The position numbers were made by a program, and so were the translations under genes. From NCBI RefSeq assembly GCF_006345805.1, contig NC_043007.1:68076001-68140000 (forward strand): 64,000 nt of DNA, given 5' to 3'. Positions 17,461 through 31,046 of this stretch are shown piece by piece (position 1 is the first letter of the stretch; each line of letters starts with the position of its first letter). The stretch is from Octopus sinensis (taxonomy: Eukaryota). Below the pieces are notes generated by a model. That model ran no database searches and was not told where the DNA came from. It saw only the letters and a list, made by a program, of their open reading frames with translations.

Positions 17461-18529
17461 TGTTTCCCAGTTCGAACGTGCATTAAGCATATTTGGACTG
17501 ATAATATAGCTTTCCCGTTAGTCACTAAACGGGAAAAGACACGGGAACTATCAAGCCTATAAATCTAGTAACATACAAGTTAGCAGTTAAAAACGTAAAA
17601 GTACTTGTTGAAAGAGATATGAGGGTAGCCTTGAAGGAAATAGGAAATCATAAATCAATAAATAGGAAATCACAAACATCACAGTATATGATACGGTTGA
17701 TACTATAAAAATAGGATCACATGCGGTCGTATCGTATAGGGAATACAATCGCACGCGATCCCATTCTTAATGAGTATTTACTGACCACATAATACATACC
17801 GCGGCAAAACACAAGTGGAATGACAACAAGATTTCTTTTTGAGATATATACATTATTTATTTTACATATTTTACAATCATGTTGGTTGGAAGTTTGTAAG
17901 TGTTAGCATGTTTTTGTGTCTGTGTGTTCGTGAGGCATAAAAGGTACTGACCAGAGAAATAACAATGGAATTTGGTTCACAGTTCATGTTGTTGGTATCA
18001 GCCTAGCAACAGGTAGTAGCAGATGGCTTAAGGTAGTTCTTAGAAGAACTAGAACTCAAGAACAGATAATTGATTTACCGTTTATGAGGTACACGGAGGG
18101 TAAGAGTTCCATATCAAGATGTTGCGTCTCGTAGTTGAGATTAATTGAGTCACTTGTGTTTATCTTTCTCTTGACATGAATATACTTCCAGATATATTAA
18201 CTGTAGCCGTTTTTCCCGTGGTGAGATTTTCACCTAACCGCTAGAGTTGAATCTGTGGTTGTCTTGTGTACAAATTAAATCTTCGATGTTTGGCGATGAG
18301 TTGTGTCTGTCGCTTGGTTTTTGCTGCGTCTTCATCATATATTCTGCTTGGTTATTTTTCTCTTGATATAATGGTGGTCGCCTGCCTTTCGAACTGGAAC
18401 ATGGTCGAGTATGTTCTGTGTGGTCAGAGGTTAGCCCTGAGAAGGACTAGAACCAAAGACGAACTCTGTGGTCAGAGGTTAGTTCTGAAAAGAACTAAAA
18501 ACCTAAGACGGATATTTGTCTGAGAACAC

Positions 18530-18690
18530 TTCTTTTATAAGGTTTATGTGGCTCAAAACTAACTTCAGAAATGGAAAGCTGTGATTGGCTGCTTGGAACA
18601 ATGGCGCGAAAATAAGCGGAGGCAAATCGCGTCACGTGACAACCAGCGGTGCGAACGTAGTAGAGACCACGTGTCAGCCAATCGGATTAG
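18530..18690. promoter_or_regulatory. Promoter-like motif cluster (two opposed CCAAT boxes, two E-boxes, minus-strand TATA)
   Basis: gattggctg 18583-18591, gtcacgtgac 18631-18640, cacgtg 18668-18673, cagccaatc 18675-18683, cttttataa ~18531-18539; locally CpG-rich. Confidence 0.35.
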
Positions 18691-19262
18691 TGTTTACAGC
18701 AATGTTAAACTAGCCGATGTTTGTAATCTCGAACGAGATTATTCTTAATACTCTTCTCAAACAGTGAAGATAGCAATGAGGGAACGATATTGCTACAATA
18801 CCATTGCTTCCGACCAAGAAGGGAGCATGTAAGTATTTTATATACATTATATATTTCGTATTAAATATTTCATATTAACACAGACACGCAGGTAGACAGA
18901 CAGACGGACACACACAAAGACAGAGAAATACACACGAACACACACACACTCTTTTCATCATTATTATTAATATCAAAATGCCATATATATTCTCGTATCA
19001 CCCGCTTACAAGTTTCATATCAGGAGTGAGATAATCCCGGCGATCATCACATACATGCATACATGCATACATACATGCATACATATGAGAATATTTATGG
19101 ACGTGGGCGCATGTTTGTGCATATACATCTGTGTGTGCTTGTTGTTCTGTATACATATATGTATGTGCTTGTCAGTGTACATACATACACACTCAAACAT
19201 GCATTCATACATATATATATATATATACATACATACACACATACATACATACATACATACAT

Positions 19263-19298
<36 letters not shown>

Positions 19299-19581
19299 GG
19301 AATTTAATTGAATTGACTATATATATATATATATATCAGATTTATATATAGAGATTTGAACATCTTAGATTGAAAAGTAGAAAGAAAAGGTTAGGAGGCA
19401 TAAAAACACTCGACATACTTATTAATCTAATAAAGTAACCGACAGGTGACTTGCAGATAGAGCTGAAATTATTCTTATTTTATACTGTGTAATATTAATG
19501 AATTGAAAGTTTTTTTTTTATTTTGTAGTGTAGCACATCGCAAATCTCTAACACCTGTGTCTACAGCCATCTCTCCGCGCG

Positions 19582-19619
<38 letters not shown>

Positions 19620-20049
19620 CACACACACAAATTTATATGTGTGTGTATATATATATATGGATATTGTATACATATATATATATGTGTGTGTGCGCGCGGC
19701 GCGTATATATATATACACACACACATATAAATGTGTGCGCGTGTGTGTGTATGTATGTATGTGAGACATGATTGTGTGGTAAGAAGCTTGCTCCCCAACC
19801 ACGTGGTTCTGTGGTTTTGGCAATTTTGTAACCTAGATTGAAAGCGAAGAGAGGTAAGTGTAGAAAATAATTATTTCTTCTACTTGGCATTCCACTATCA
19901 TATGTCTGAAAAGAGGTAAAGTTTATTGAAATTTAGAGGAAGAATGGGGCTACAGAAGAAAAAGCATAAAGCACTGTGCTAAAATGTTTCGTGTTAATTC
20001 AAATAACATTGGGAAGAGACGAATGAATTTATCTGACAGCTCAATATTG

Positions 20050-20632
20050 GTTTCAAATTTTGGCACAAGGCCAGCACGTTTGGAGAAGAGACTAGCCGCT
20101 TACATCAACCCCAGTACTGAACTGGGATCTTTTCGGTTTTTTCTAGTGGTGTCATATGAAATTGTCACCCATAATTATGACCACTAGTATCGATCTATTT
20201 GCATTTCAATCTTTTTTTCTTCACAAATGTAAATAAACCCAATCTGTTTCTTAAACGAGGGACATATTCATACGGCACAGAATGTTTTTTTTACCTCAAT
20301 GGACGTCAGTGATTGGTTGAAATTGCAGAAATTGAAGAAATTGAAGAAAAAAAACAACAAATATCTTACAAACTATAGAATTTTCTCAATAAATCCAAGA
20401 GAAAACGATGTTTTATAAACACATTCTACCAGTATACGAAGTTTAAAATTTTTTAGTTACCTAGAAATTATGTAAGAAACTGCCGTTCAAACCGAAAAGA
20501 TCCCTGAACTGGTACTTATTTTATCGACTCCTAAAAAAAATGAAAGACAAAGTCGACTTTGGCGGAATTTGGCGTCCGAAAAGACAACCCGATATTTAGC
20601 CCGGCGTGCTAACGTTTCTGCCAGCTCGCCGC
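20050..20632 (-). mobile_element. SINE family A, split by a MITE
   Basis: Reverse-complement SINE A body on both sides of the MITE; head at ~20594-20632. Confidence 0.75.
20125..20503. mobile_element. Non-autonomous DNA transposon (MITE), GG termini with 8-bp TSD, Merlin-like
   Basis: TIR GGATCTTTTCGGTTT(GAACGGCAG); perfect TSD CTGAACTG at 20117-20124 and 20504-20511. Confidence 0.8.
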
Positions 20633-21047
20633 CTTCGGACATACTATTATATTGTCCCAGCTCTACATCACTGAATTGTGAGCGTTGTCAACACACATTG
20701 TCTGAAAGTCCTTATAGTGTAAACATGTGGTGTATACATTCAAACATTCAAAGTTATTCCTCGAAGGCGAAATAAAACAGCGACTAACATACGCATGTTA
20801 AAATCTGCCGGAACATGTTAAGAATGTATATGTACAACGTTATGCTGAGATCATTCTATTGAACAGTACAGACTTATGAAAATGCTTATTCTCTATGTCC
20901 ATAATGGAAGGGAAAGGATGTTTTTAAAGTTAAAAATTGTCGAGATCAAATCAGGTGAAAACGCTGCGCTAGCGATTCAGCTACGTTCTGAACGAAGCCC
21001 TGTGCTTTTACCACACAAATCTCTTTGAAAAGTTCTCTGAGGTAAAA
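20594..21047 (-). repeat. Inverted duplication arm L (454 bp)
   Basis: Reverse complement of 23854-24307; about 7 mismatches counted by eye. Confidence 0.92.
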
Positions 21048-21686
21048 CCACAAAGAATGATCGAACTCAGTGCAACAAATTAACAAGACACTAGCAAAGT
21101 ATTCGTTGCTGAATACTGAAATGGAAATGCAGGCTGTGGTATCTATTTACATCTATGTAGGCAGAACAGATTTCCTTTTAGAGTTTAAACCTGCTTTGGC
21201 CGTAGGACACATTACCGCAGATGCCTCAATATGAAGATACAGATAAGAATCGTTGACCCTTTCAATCGGCATTGCGATACTATGCTAACCCAGTCATTTG
21301 AAGCTTCCTTTGTTTACTGCACTTCATCCTTTTCAGAATATCTAATGAGAAACAAACAAACAAACTGATGGATATTTTGCTTTATGCAACGACGCCTCAA
21401 TCTCCCTCGCTTAATAAGTTGAAAGTTAGTTAATTAATCAGAGGAAATGGTGATGGAAACTATATTCATAATTAATTAGGAATTACGAAGAAAATAGCGA
21501 ACAACGGAAACATTTAGTTCGAAATATGTGTGCACGAATCATGTACGCACACACGCGCGCACGCACGCACACACACACACGCGCATGCACACACAAACAC
21601 ACACACAGACAATTCATATTATACACATATGTATATAAATATGTATATGTACCAGTATATATCTGTACACATACAATCACAATATG

Positions 21687-21742
<56 letters not shown>

Positions 21743-21806
21743 TATATACATGTGGGTGTGCATACGCATAGCTATATATATATGTATTCGCTCATAAATA
21801 CACCTA

Positions 21807-23105
21807 CGAGGTGGTATCAAAAAGTTCCGCGACTAGTTTTGCTTGATAAAAAAATTAGCTTATTTACCTAAATTTCAACATCATCTCCTTCACCTTGCGC
21901 AAGAATACACCGGTTCCAGCGTTTCTGCCACTGTTGGAATCCGGCCTGGAAGGCGTTTTCCGTAAGCGGGTCGGGGACCTTCTGCGATTCGTACTGTATC
22001 CCGACAACGTTGTTAAAACGGCGACCTTTGAGTTGCCTTTTCATTTGGGATAGGAGATGAAATTCCGTAGGCGCCAAATCTAGCGAATAAATTTCTTCAT
22101 TGCCCACAAGGGGGTAAACATAAAGGGGACAAACAAGGACAGACAAACGGATTAAGTCGATAACATCGACGCCAGTGCGTAACTGGCACTTATATAATCG
22201 ACCCGAAAGGATGAAAGGCAAAGTAGACCTCGGCGGAGTTTGAAGTCAGAACGTAGCGGCAGACGAACTACCTATTTATTTACTACCCACAAAGGGCTAA
22301 ACACAGAAGAGACAAACAAGGACAGACAGACGGATTAAGTCGATTATATCGACCCCAGTGAGTAACTGGTACTTAATTTATCGACCCCGAAAGGATGAAA
22401 GGCAAAGTCGACCTCCGTGGAATTTGCACTCAGAACGTAGCGGCAGACGATATATCGCTAAGCATTTTGCCCGGCGTGCAAGCGAATAGGGTGGGTGCGG
22501 AAGTGATACAATGTTGTTTATGGTGAGAAACTCGTGAGTGAGGAGAACTCGGTGACAGAGTGCATTGTCATCGTCAAGAATCCAGTTTTTCGCGCTCCAG
22601 TTGCTTTTGTCAAGTATTCTACCTCAGATACTTTAAAACATTGCAATAGAATTCTCAAGTGACAGTCTGGCCCTTGGGAACGACTTCTCCATGCACAATA
22701 TCACGTTTCTGGTAATGACGCTCGTGGCATGTCTTCCAGACCGCTCATCACCTTTCTAGGACGTTCTTCCGCTTCTGAAGCGCCCGTGACACTCAAAACA
22801 TTGCGTACGACCCATTGCCTTGTCGCCGTAAGCTTGCCGAAGCATGCTCAATGTTGTTGTAGCAGACTTCCCAAGTTTAACGCAAAATTTTACGTTGGTT
22901 CTTTGTTCCATCTCTCTGTCCGTGGCAAAAGTCGCAGACTACAGCATACATGTGAGCACAGAAGCACAGATTTCACTACTTGTGCAGTGAACACAGCGAT
23001 GTCACTCAGCACACTGCCTCATGAAATTCCCTGCTAGCTCTCACTGTGCACGCAGCCGTGTACTGTCCTACAAAACTAGTCCAAGAACTTTTTGATACCA
23101 CTTCG
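21807..23105 (-). mobile_element. Internally deleted mariner element carrying a SINE insertion
   Basis: TIRs cgaggtggtatcaaaaagttcc..gactagttttg at both ends with TA flanks; minus-strand transposase C-terminus LHDDNALCH...LPHPPYSLDLAPTEFHLLSQMKRQLKGRRF...WQKRWNRCI. Confidence 0.9.
22090..22481 (-). mobile_element. Dimeric SINE family A inserted in the mariner PYSxDLAP codons
   Basis: Two tandem SINE bodies; agcgaata duplicated on both sides. Confidence 0.85.
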
Positions 23106-23853
23106 TATATAGATAGACTGACAGACAGACCGTTATTAGAAACTGAAGTATCTTGAAGCGTTATTTTATTATTATATGCGAAGCACGATATATCTATTCC
23201 TTTGGGAAAAAATACGTAATATTTTTATGATTTCAGTTAGATACGTGTAAAAAAGCATAGGATCAAAGAATGTGGGTATTTTTTAATGCAGTTTTGATGT
23301 TGATGAATAACTGAGTGTTATTTTTTCTGTATGTGATCAGAACCTTCAGGGTATGGAAAATCAATTATGCTATTTGATCCAGATAGTAGTTCGAGATTCC
23401 TTAATAGATGTAGATGGAAGTAGCTGAAAAAATTCACCCATTCCGTAAAATATTTTAAATTTAAATTATGCACTTGAAACAATCTTCCGTTAAAATACTG
23501 CTGTATATAACAGTTATAATTGTATACAAAAAAAATGGAGTGACATTAGCTGTGATATTTTTTTCCCTGAGGAAATTCTTAGAAAAACTTAAGTGTTAAA
23601 AACACAGGGTTTCACTCAGACATGGTGTTTCAATTTGATTTGATCTCCTTGTTGACGAATAGTCTGGGTGTTCTGAACTAAGCTGTGAATGGTGGATAGA
23701 GAAATCGATAAACAAAACATTTACTGATTTGTGCAAAAGTTTGTCAGGCTAAAATTTTATTACTATACCCACTTGAAATAGCCTTAGATTTACGTCCCGG
23801 TATGTCTAATATTTTAATGCGTATACAAACACGGAACGGTACTAGTTGTAATA

Positions 23854-24307
23854 TTTTACCTCAGAGAACTTTTCAAAGAGATTTGTGTGGTAAAAACACA
23901 GGGCTTCGTTCAGAATGTAGCTGAATCGCTAGCGCAGCGTTTTCACCTGATTTGATCTCAACAATTTTTAACTTTAAAAACTCCCTTTCCCTTCCATTAT
24001 GGACATAGAGAATAAGCATTTTCATAAGTCTGTACTGTTCAATAGAATGATCTCAGCATAACGTTGTACATATACATTCTTAACATGTTCCGGCAGATTT
24101 TAACATGCGTATGTTGGTCGCTGTTTTATTTCGCCTTCGAGGAATAACTTTGAATGTTTGAATGTATACACCACATGTTTACACTATAAGGACTTTCAGA
24201 CAATGTGTGTTGACAACGCTCACAATTCAGTGATGTAGAGCTGGGACAATATAATAGTATGTCCGAAGGCGGCGAGCTTGCAGAAACGTTAGCACGCCGG
24301 GCTAAAT
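23854..24307 (+). repeat. Inverted duplication arm R (donor copy)
   Basis: See arm L; includes the first ~40 bp of the adjacent SINE. Confidence 0.92.
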
Positions 24308-24662
24308 GCTTAGCGGTATTTCGTCTGCCGTTACGTTCTGAGTTCAAATTCCACCTAGGTCGACTTTGCCTGTCATCCTTTCGGGGTCTATAAATTAAAT
24401 ACCAGTTACACACTGGAGTCGATATAATCGACTTAATCCGTTTGTCTGTCCTTGTTTGTCCCCTCTGTGTTTAGCCCCTTGTGGGTAGTAAAGAAATAGG
24501 TATTTCGTCTGCCGCTACGTTCTGAGTTCAAATTCCGCCGAGGTCGACTTTGCCTTTCATCCTTTTGGGGGTCGATAAATTAAATACCAGTTGCGTACTG
24601 GAGTAGATCTAATCGACTGGCCCCTCCCCCAAATTTCGGGCCTTGTACCTAGAGTAGAAAAG
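24265..24662 (+). mobile_element. Dimeric SINE family A
   Basis: 17-bp TSD aatataatagtatgtcc at 24248-24264 and 24663-24679. Confidence 0.9.
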
Positions 24663-24972
24663 AATATAATAGTATGTCCATCAATAATTAAATGTCTTCT
24701 TGAGAAAACTTTAGTTTTCGGGAGAGACGATATTCCAATTAGTGATTCCAACATTAATATTACTATGCATGCAAGGAAATCATTTCTATGATACACTAAT
24801 TCTTTTGAGGTTAGACGGAATGACCAGCAGCTGTTTGATGTTGACAAGGGACTTTCCAGCAAGAACCAGGTGGATTTGCACAGACTAGTAAGTGAGTGAG
24901 GAAAAAAAAAACATTTCTTCTTTATATAATTCCGATATTATAACACGCAAACGGTCCTCTAAAGACATTATA

Positions 24973-25050
<78 letters not shown>

Positions 25051-25073
25051 GCATATATATATATACATACATA

Positions 25074-25115
<42 letters not shown>

Positions 25116-25340
25116 TACATATATACATATATCTATATACATATATCTATCTATCTATATATATATATATATGGAGAGAGAGAGAAGGGAGAGAGAGGGG
25201 AGAGACAATAGTTAAAATAAACCTTGGCTTCTTTATCTGTTCATATGAATTATTGACTCCATATCTGCTCACTTGGATTCCCCTCATAACCACTCTTTAC
25301 CCTGATGACTTATACATGCATGCATACATACATACATACA

Positions 25341-25376
<36 letters not shown>

Positions 25377-25378
25377 TA

Positions 25379-25685
25379 TCACCGTCACCGTGACCGACCA
25401 GGCTATCAAATGTTGCTACACATCGCTGGTCACAATGCGCTTTGCATTGTTTTAGCCTTCAAATGACGCCACCCCGCTGGCTAAGCGAGCAGGCCAACAG
25501 AAGAAAGAGTGAGAGAAAGTTGGGCGAAAGAGTACAGCAGGGATCGCCATCCCCTGCCGGAGCCTCGTGGAGCTTTAGGTATTTTCGCTCAATAAACACT
25601 CGATTCCCAAACGTCCGGTTTGGGAATCGAAACCGCGATCCTACGACCGCGAGTCCGCTGCCCTAACCACTGGGCCATTGCGCCT
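25379..25685 (-). mobile_element. tRNA-derived SINE, family C (aggcgcaatggcc(c/t)agtggttagggcagcggactcgcgg head)
   Basis: tRNA-like head on the minus strand; homologous to 49461-49618. Confidence 0.8.
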
Positions 25686-26223
25686 CCACACACACACACA
25701 CACACACACCACACACACACACATATATATATTGAATAAACATAAGAGATAAATTGTAGACTGCAGCCTGTCTCACTATATGTAAATTTTGAAAACAAAA
25801 TCGTTCACACATCTAGACTAGGCTGACAGATGATAGACATACGCTTCCCAATGTAAATTATTATGAATAAATTCTCAAAGGATAAGCAACACCAATAAAA
25901 TTTCAATATTCACTTATCAATAACTTCTCTCTTCCCCTCTCTCTTCTGAATTTACTGCTTTTCTTCCGACTTGTATATATATTTTTCTTTGTAAACCAAA
26001 TCTGACACAACAACAGGAATATATGCACTTATTCACTTCAGTCAATATTCACATACTATAAACCTGAATGTTGCTTTGAATTATTTAACATTTAAATAGT
26101 CTTTTTTTTTTGTTCCCACAGAGAAACAATTTTGAATATTTTCCTATAGATTCTTTATCTACTAATTCGTCAAAATATCGTTGAGAGACCCAACAAAATC
26201 ATTAACATGTCTCGAGTCGTGTT

Positions 26224-26262
<39 letters not shown>

Positions 26263-26295
26263 ATGTATGTATGTATATGTATGTATGTATGTATG

Positions 26296-26327
<32 letters not shown>

Positions 26328-26675
26328 TGTATGTATGTATGTATGTATGTATATGTACGTATGTATGTATGTATGTATGTATACATGATGATTTATGTTG
26401 GACGAAAAGTGGTACAAATTGTTGAGGACATAGTTTATTTAAACTGAACATTTGTGGTGCAATTCAGGTCTCACGCCTCTACAATCTTCAGGCGAGAACC
26501 CTTGCGTTCTAACTTGATAATAGCAGTTGCTCGATAAAAGAGATCGATAGAATAAGTGCCAGGTAAGTACTGGGGTCGATTCATTCGACTAAAAATTCTT
26601 CAAGGTAGTGCCTCCAGCATGGCAGCAGTCTAATGACTGAAATAAGATAAATGAAACATATATATATATATAATA

Positions 26676-26747
<72 letters not shown>

Positions 26748-27564
26748 ATATGTTATCCTCGTCTTAATGGTGGATGTCGAAGTTGAAGTGGTGACAAATA
26801 ATACCATAGAGAATGTTAGGTTAAAGAAAACACTTCTGTGGCTGCCGTGGGACTTGACCCACGTCGTTTCTGGACATGACAGATGTAATCCCACGGGCTG
26901 CCAGCAATATTATCTCTCCAAAGACTTTTATAACCCACTATTTTACGTGCTGGTATTTCTAGCTTTATTTACTACGAGCTCCACTGTTAATATTATGCAT
27001 TACCTATCTCTCGAACTTACTATATATCGTATTGGTAGGTTGAGTAAAATTCAAGCTGTTTCCGCTTGAAGCACAACTGCTTAAATGTTTCAGTATTTTG
27101 TATTTCAGAAATCAACAGATTCAGTTTTTTATATTTATATAAGCTTTTTAATTTAACAATTACTTTCCTTTAATTAGGTTTTTTGAATTTGACTAACTAA
27201 ATTTCTTCCCAGAATATTTAGAAAGCACCAAACAGAAGTGACGAGAAGTCTACTGTATCTTCCGACGTGCAAGTCGGATTTTTCAGACCAAAATCTGCAT
27301 CAAAAAACAATAGGTCGACTTTAGGGGACCAAAAATTGCTTGTGAAATGCAGCAGGATTTGAAACGGCAGTAACAATGTTTGAATATATAGAACGCATGC
27401 TTACACTATATTTTACGTCGACTATGCAGGAAATGCGTTACTTGGTTGATGCCGTCGAAAATTGTAACCGGTGGGTTATTCCTTTTTCTTTTATTCCTTT
27501 ATTTGTTTCAGTCATTTAGCTGCAGCCAAGCTGGAGCACCGCCTTTAGTCGAAGAAATCGTATA

Positions 27565-27777
27565 AATATGTCCCTCGTTTAAGAAACAGATTGGGTTTAT
27601 TTACATTTGTGAAGAAAAAATATACCCTTCCCCCACCCCTAACCCTAACCTTAACCCTAACTAACCCTAACCCTAAAATAGATTGAAATGCAATAGATCG
27701 ATACTAGGGTCATAATTATGGGTGACAATTTCATATGACACCGCTAGAAAAAACTGCCGTTCAAACCGAAAAGATTC
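27565..27777. mobile_element. Partial copy of the Merlin-like MITE with internal (CCCTAA)n
   Basis: Shares ~200 bp with the 20125 and 53721 copies; ends gccgttcaaaccgaaaagattc; telomere-like repeats at ~27637-27677. Confidence 0.8.
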
Positions 27778-27849
27778 GAAGCTCACATCTTAAAAATTTC
27801 TAATTCATAATACTTTTGCTAATATCCGCATTCTAGCAACATTCCGTAG

Positions 27850-30260
27850 AGTGGACGACATATAATACTTCAATATTTTTTTCTGATTTCAAATTTGTTT
27901 CTGGATGTTAGTATACTTGATATTTTTCTAATGACTTTCTATCTCAATCCTTCTTTCGATTCCTGCTTCACGAGTCTTGTGTCCTTGTTACATATATCCC
28001 AGCTGTATTATCTTCAGTGTCTGCTCATTTGACATTACCTCAGTTTTAATATTTATTTTGAAATATTTATATTGTTGTTGCTTGCTCATTGTCATTGATT
28101 TTGTTTTCTTTAAATTTGCTTTCATTCCCTAAAGCATTTTTTGCCATTTACTGTGGTACCTAGATTCTCTAGGCCATCGCTGTTGAAGGATAATGGAATA
28201 TCGGTTACATATCTATATCTGTTTATGTTCATAAGTTCAGTTACCATTCCTGGCAAGTATTCTGCATCTCTGAAGATCTTATTAGTACAGGGATTAAATA
28301 GGATAGAGGATAGTGCATATCTTTGGTTTACTGCTTTGTTTTAAATCTTGAGATTTCTTCCTTGTAACTCTTACCACCAATGTTCATTCCCAGGACTTTT
28401 ATTTGTTATTTGAGGGTATTTTACTTATATCCCGAGTTTTAATTGATATTCGATCATCGTTACATGTTTTACTCAGCGAAATACCTTGTTTTGGTCTAGA
28501 ATACAAATGTAAGCATTTAAATTTTTATCTGCAACTTTTCGTGATATTTTCGGAGCATACAAAGCAAAGGTTTATGTCTATTTGTTTTAACACGACTTTT
28601 TATAAGGCACCTTCTGAACATTTTCCATAAAGAAGGCCCTATATTCTTGCATAGTTGCATATTTTTTTCCAGATTGTTCTTGCATATCATAGAGATCGTC
28701 TATTAACTGTTTCCATTCGGAGCCATGCGATGCTACTTGATGTTTTGTGGTTTGTCACTTCAAGGACAAATGTCAGGTTACTATCCATATAGAAATCAGT
28801 CAGGCAAATGGAAGTTGTATTAAAAGAACATTAATAAACATGACAGAGTTCTGGAAATTAGGACTGCTGGTCTCAAGCCGTATATGTTTTTTACTTCAAC
28901 TGATCCCCAGACCAAAATTTACCAAATGGCTATTACTACAACAATTAAAGTGCTTTGTCATTTAACATTGCACCGTAAGCCTTGTGCCATTTTTCTCTTC
29001 TTCCTTAATAGGGCACAATTTTATTTTATATCATTTGTTGGGCTCTGGTTTTCCGTAACCAATGGGGCATGTATGTGCATCCTTATACGCATCTACAACA
29101 ACTTCTTTAGTCTTCTCCGAAATAATCACCCACCCATACAAAATACGTTAGCGATGACGGTCCAGTTTCGAATGTCATAGCTGTTGTCCCTAAGCGTAGT
29201 CTCTGTTTCTTTGATATAACATTTGAAGTATAAATGTGATGATGAATGTATTCTTCGTTGTTCTAGGCTTTTCCACCTTCACATTTGAAGGTAAATGAAA
29301 GCCTCCATAAGATATCTAGACCTTGATTTATATCTATATCTACATATAAATAATAATTGATATCTACATCTCTTACAAATTTTGTTTTTGGGTTAAATAT
29401 TTCATGAGTTCTTCCTCTTAGGAACTGATTGATCTGACTGTTTGGAAAGAAATATTTTATTGCTTCCAGCATGGAAAACGACATTTCCTAGCAGATCTTG
29501 TTACACTAATGTTTATAAAATGAGTGCATGTGGTGTGATGAGTATTAACTTCCAGAGTTTCTGTCAGGTAAAGGAAAACAAATTTAACTTCCGTGGGCAT
29601 TTGATATTTTAAACTAAATATTTCACGACACTTAATCCAACATTCTGTACAATCATATATACAATTTGCAATTTAGAACAATAGCAATTTTACAATACAT
29701 CCAAGTACATAATGCTAATGTGTGAAGATTGTGAATCAATTCGACTTTACTGTCACTGAATGCAGTAACATTACAAGGACATTTTTAGCGGCCTCCATAT
29801 GTCTCTCCAGACCATAGTTCTGCACATGGACAGTTTCGCCCCGATGCACAGACCTGGGCAAGAGTTTATTATAGAAGAACGGTAGATATCCATTCAGGAA
29901 GTTTCCACTCTCCACACCACCAGTATTGTTCAAAGAAGGAAATAGAGGCCTATATAGCTTGGCACTAGTGTCGTGACAGGCGAACTTACAACGCAAATTA
30001 GGGGACAAATGGTTCAAAATATTCCAGCCAAAGCTCTAAAATTTCCACCATTCTGGAACTCGGAGGGATTGGAACACAAATCGCAAAGAAATGGGCCAAA
30101 TATTTCAAAGTATTCAGCCAACGATCTGATTTTTCCATTACACCGCCACTCTAGACTTATGCAAGATTTGAATTCAGAGAGCAAAGAACCAGAATCAATA
30201 TCTGAAAGCAATTGTGACCAAGGCTTTTACAATTCTATAATTCTATTATCTCTCAATTAG
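27850..30260 (-). pseudogene. Unidentified degraded coding-like region (possible old LTR int/env or endogenous viral element)
   Basis: About 2.4 kb free of microsatellites, with protein-like minus-strand segments joined by stops and frameshifts (e.g. ILFNPCTNKIFRDAEYLPGMVTELMNINRYRY, YFKCYIKETETTLRDNSYDIRNW). No family recognised. Confidence 0.25.
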
Positions 30261-30910
30261 GAAGCTAATCATAATCTATTACATAGCTAATTGAATTATT
30301 ACATAATTTGTTATATACCATTGGCATGTATTCGCGGTGAGACATATTTGATTAGCACATCCCCAATATCTAACATTATATATAATCCATGAACCTTGGA
30401 AGGATAAAAAAGAAAACTTAACCTCAGCATAATTTGAACACGGAATCTAAAGGGTTGTAGGTAAATACCACAAGGAATTTACGCCAATACTTTGCTGTGT
30501 TTTTATTTCTTCTTTTTACATGCCGCTGGTGTTTGTTGACACGTTAATCATGGGAGAATAGCCAGGTGAGTGTCAAAGAAGCAGGCGTTCAAGATTACCA
30601 TGGTTTTGCGGTGTCAAAATTGATATGTGGAAAAGAATAATTGTAAATTTCTTGGTGAAGCGGATGTACATTTAAATTGTGGTTTATTCAGAATATAGAC
30701 CATAGAATAGAAATGAGAAAATAGACTATCATCTCATGAGCTGCCAAACTTTTGCATACATCAATAATCCATATGTGTGTATGTGTATGTATGTATATAT
30801 ATATATAATATATATATATATATATTATATATATATATATATATGTGTATGTATGTATATATGTATGTATATATATATATATATGTATGTATATATTATA
30901 TATATATATG

Positions 30911-30962
<52 letters not shown>

Positions 30963-31046
30963 CACACACATATATATGTATATACATACATATATATTAT
31001 ACATACATTCATAGGCACACAGATATATTCATTATATACATGTATA

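Noticed and set aside
26839-26903. Hairpin with a tRNA-Leu/Ser-like T-arm (gtgggtcaagtcccacggcagcca on the minus strand)
   Set aside because: D-arm and anticodon arm cannot be built; at best a remnant.
27637-27677. Interstitial telomere as evidence of chromosome fusion
   Set aside because: The short, degenerate repeats are internal to a MITE family, as also seen at 54039.
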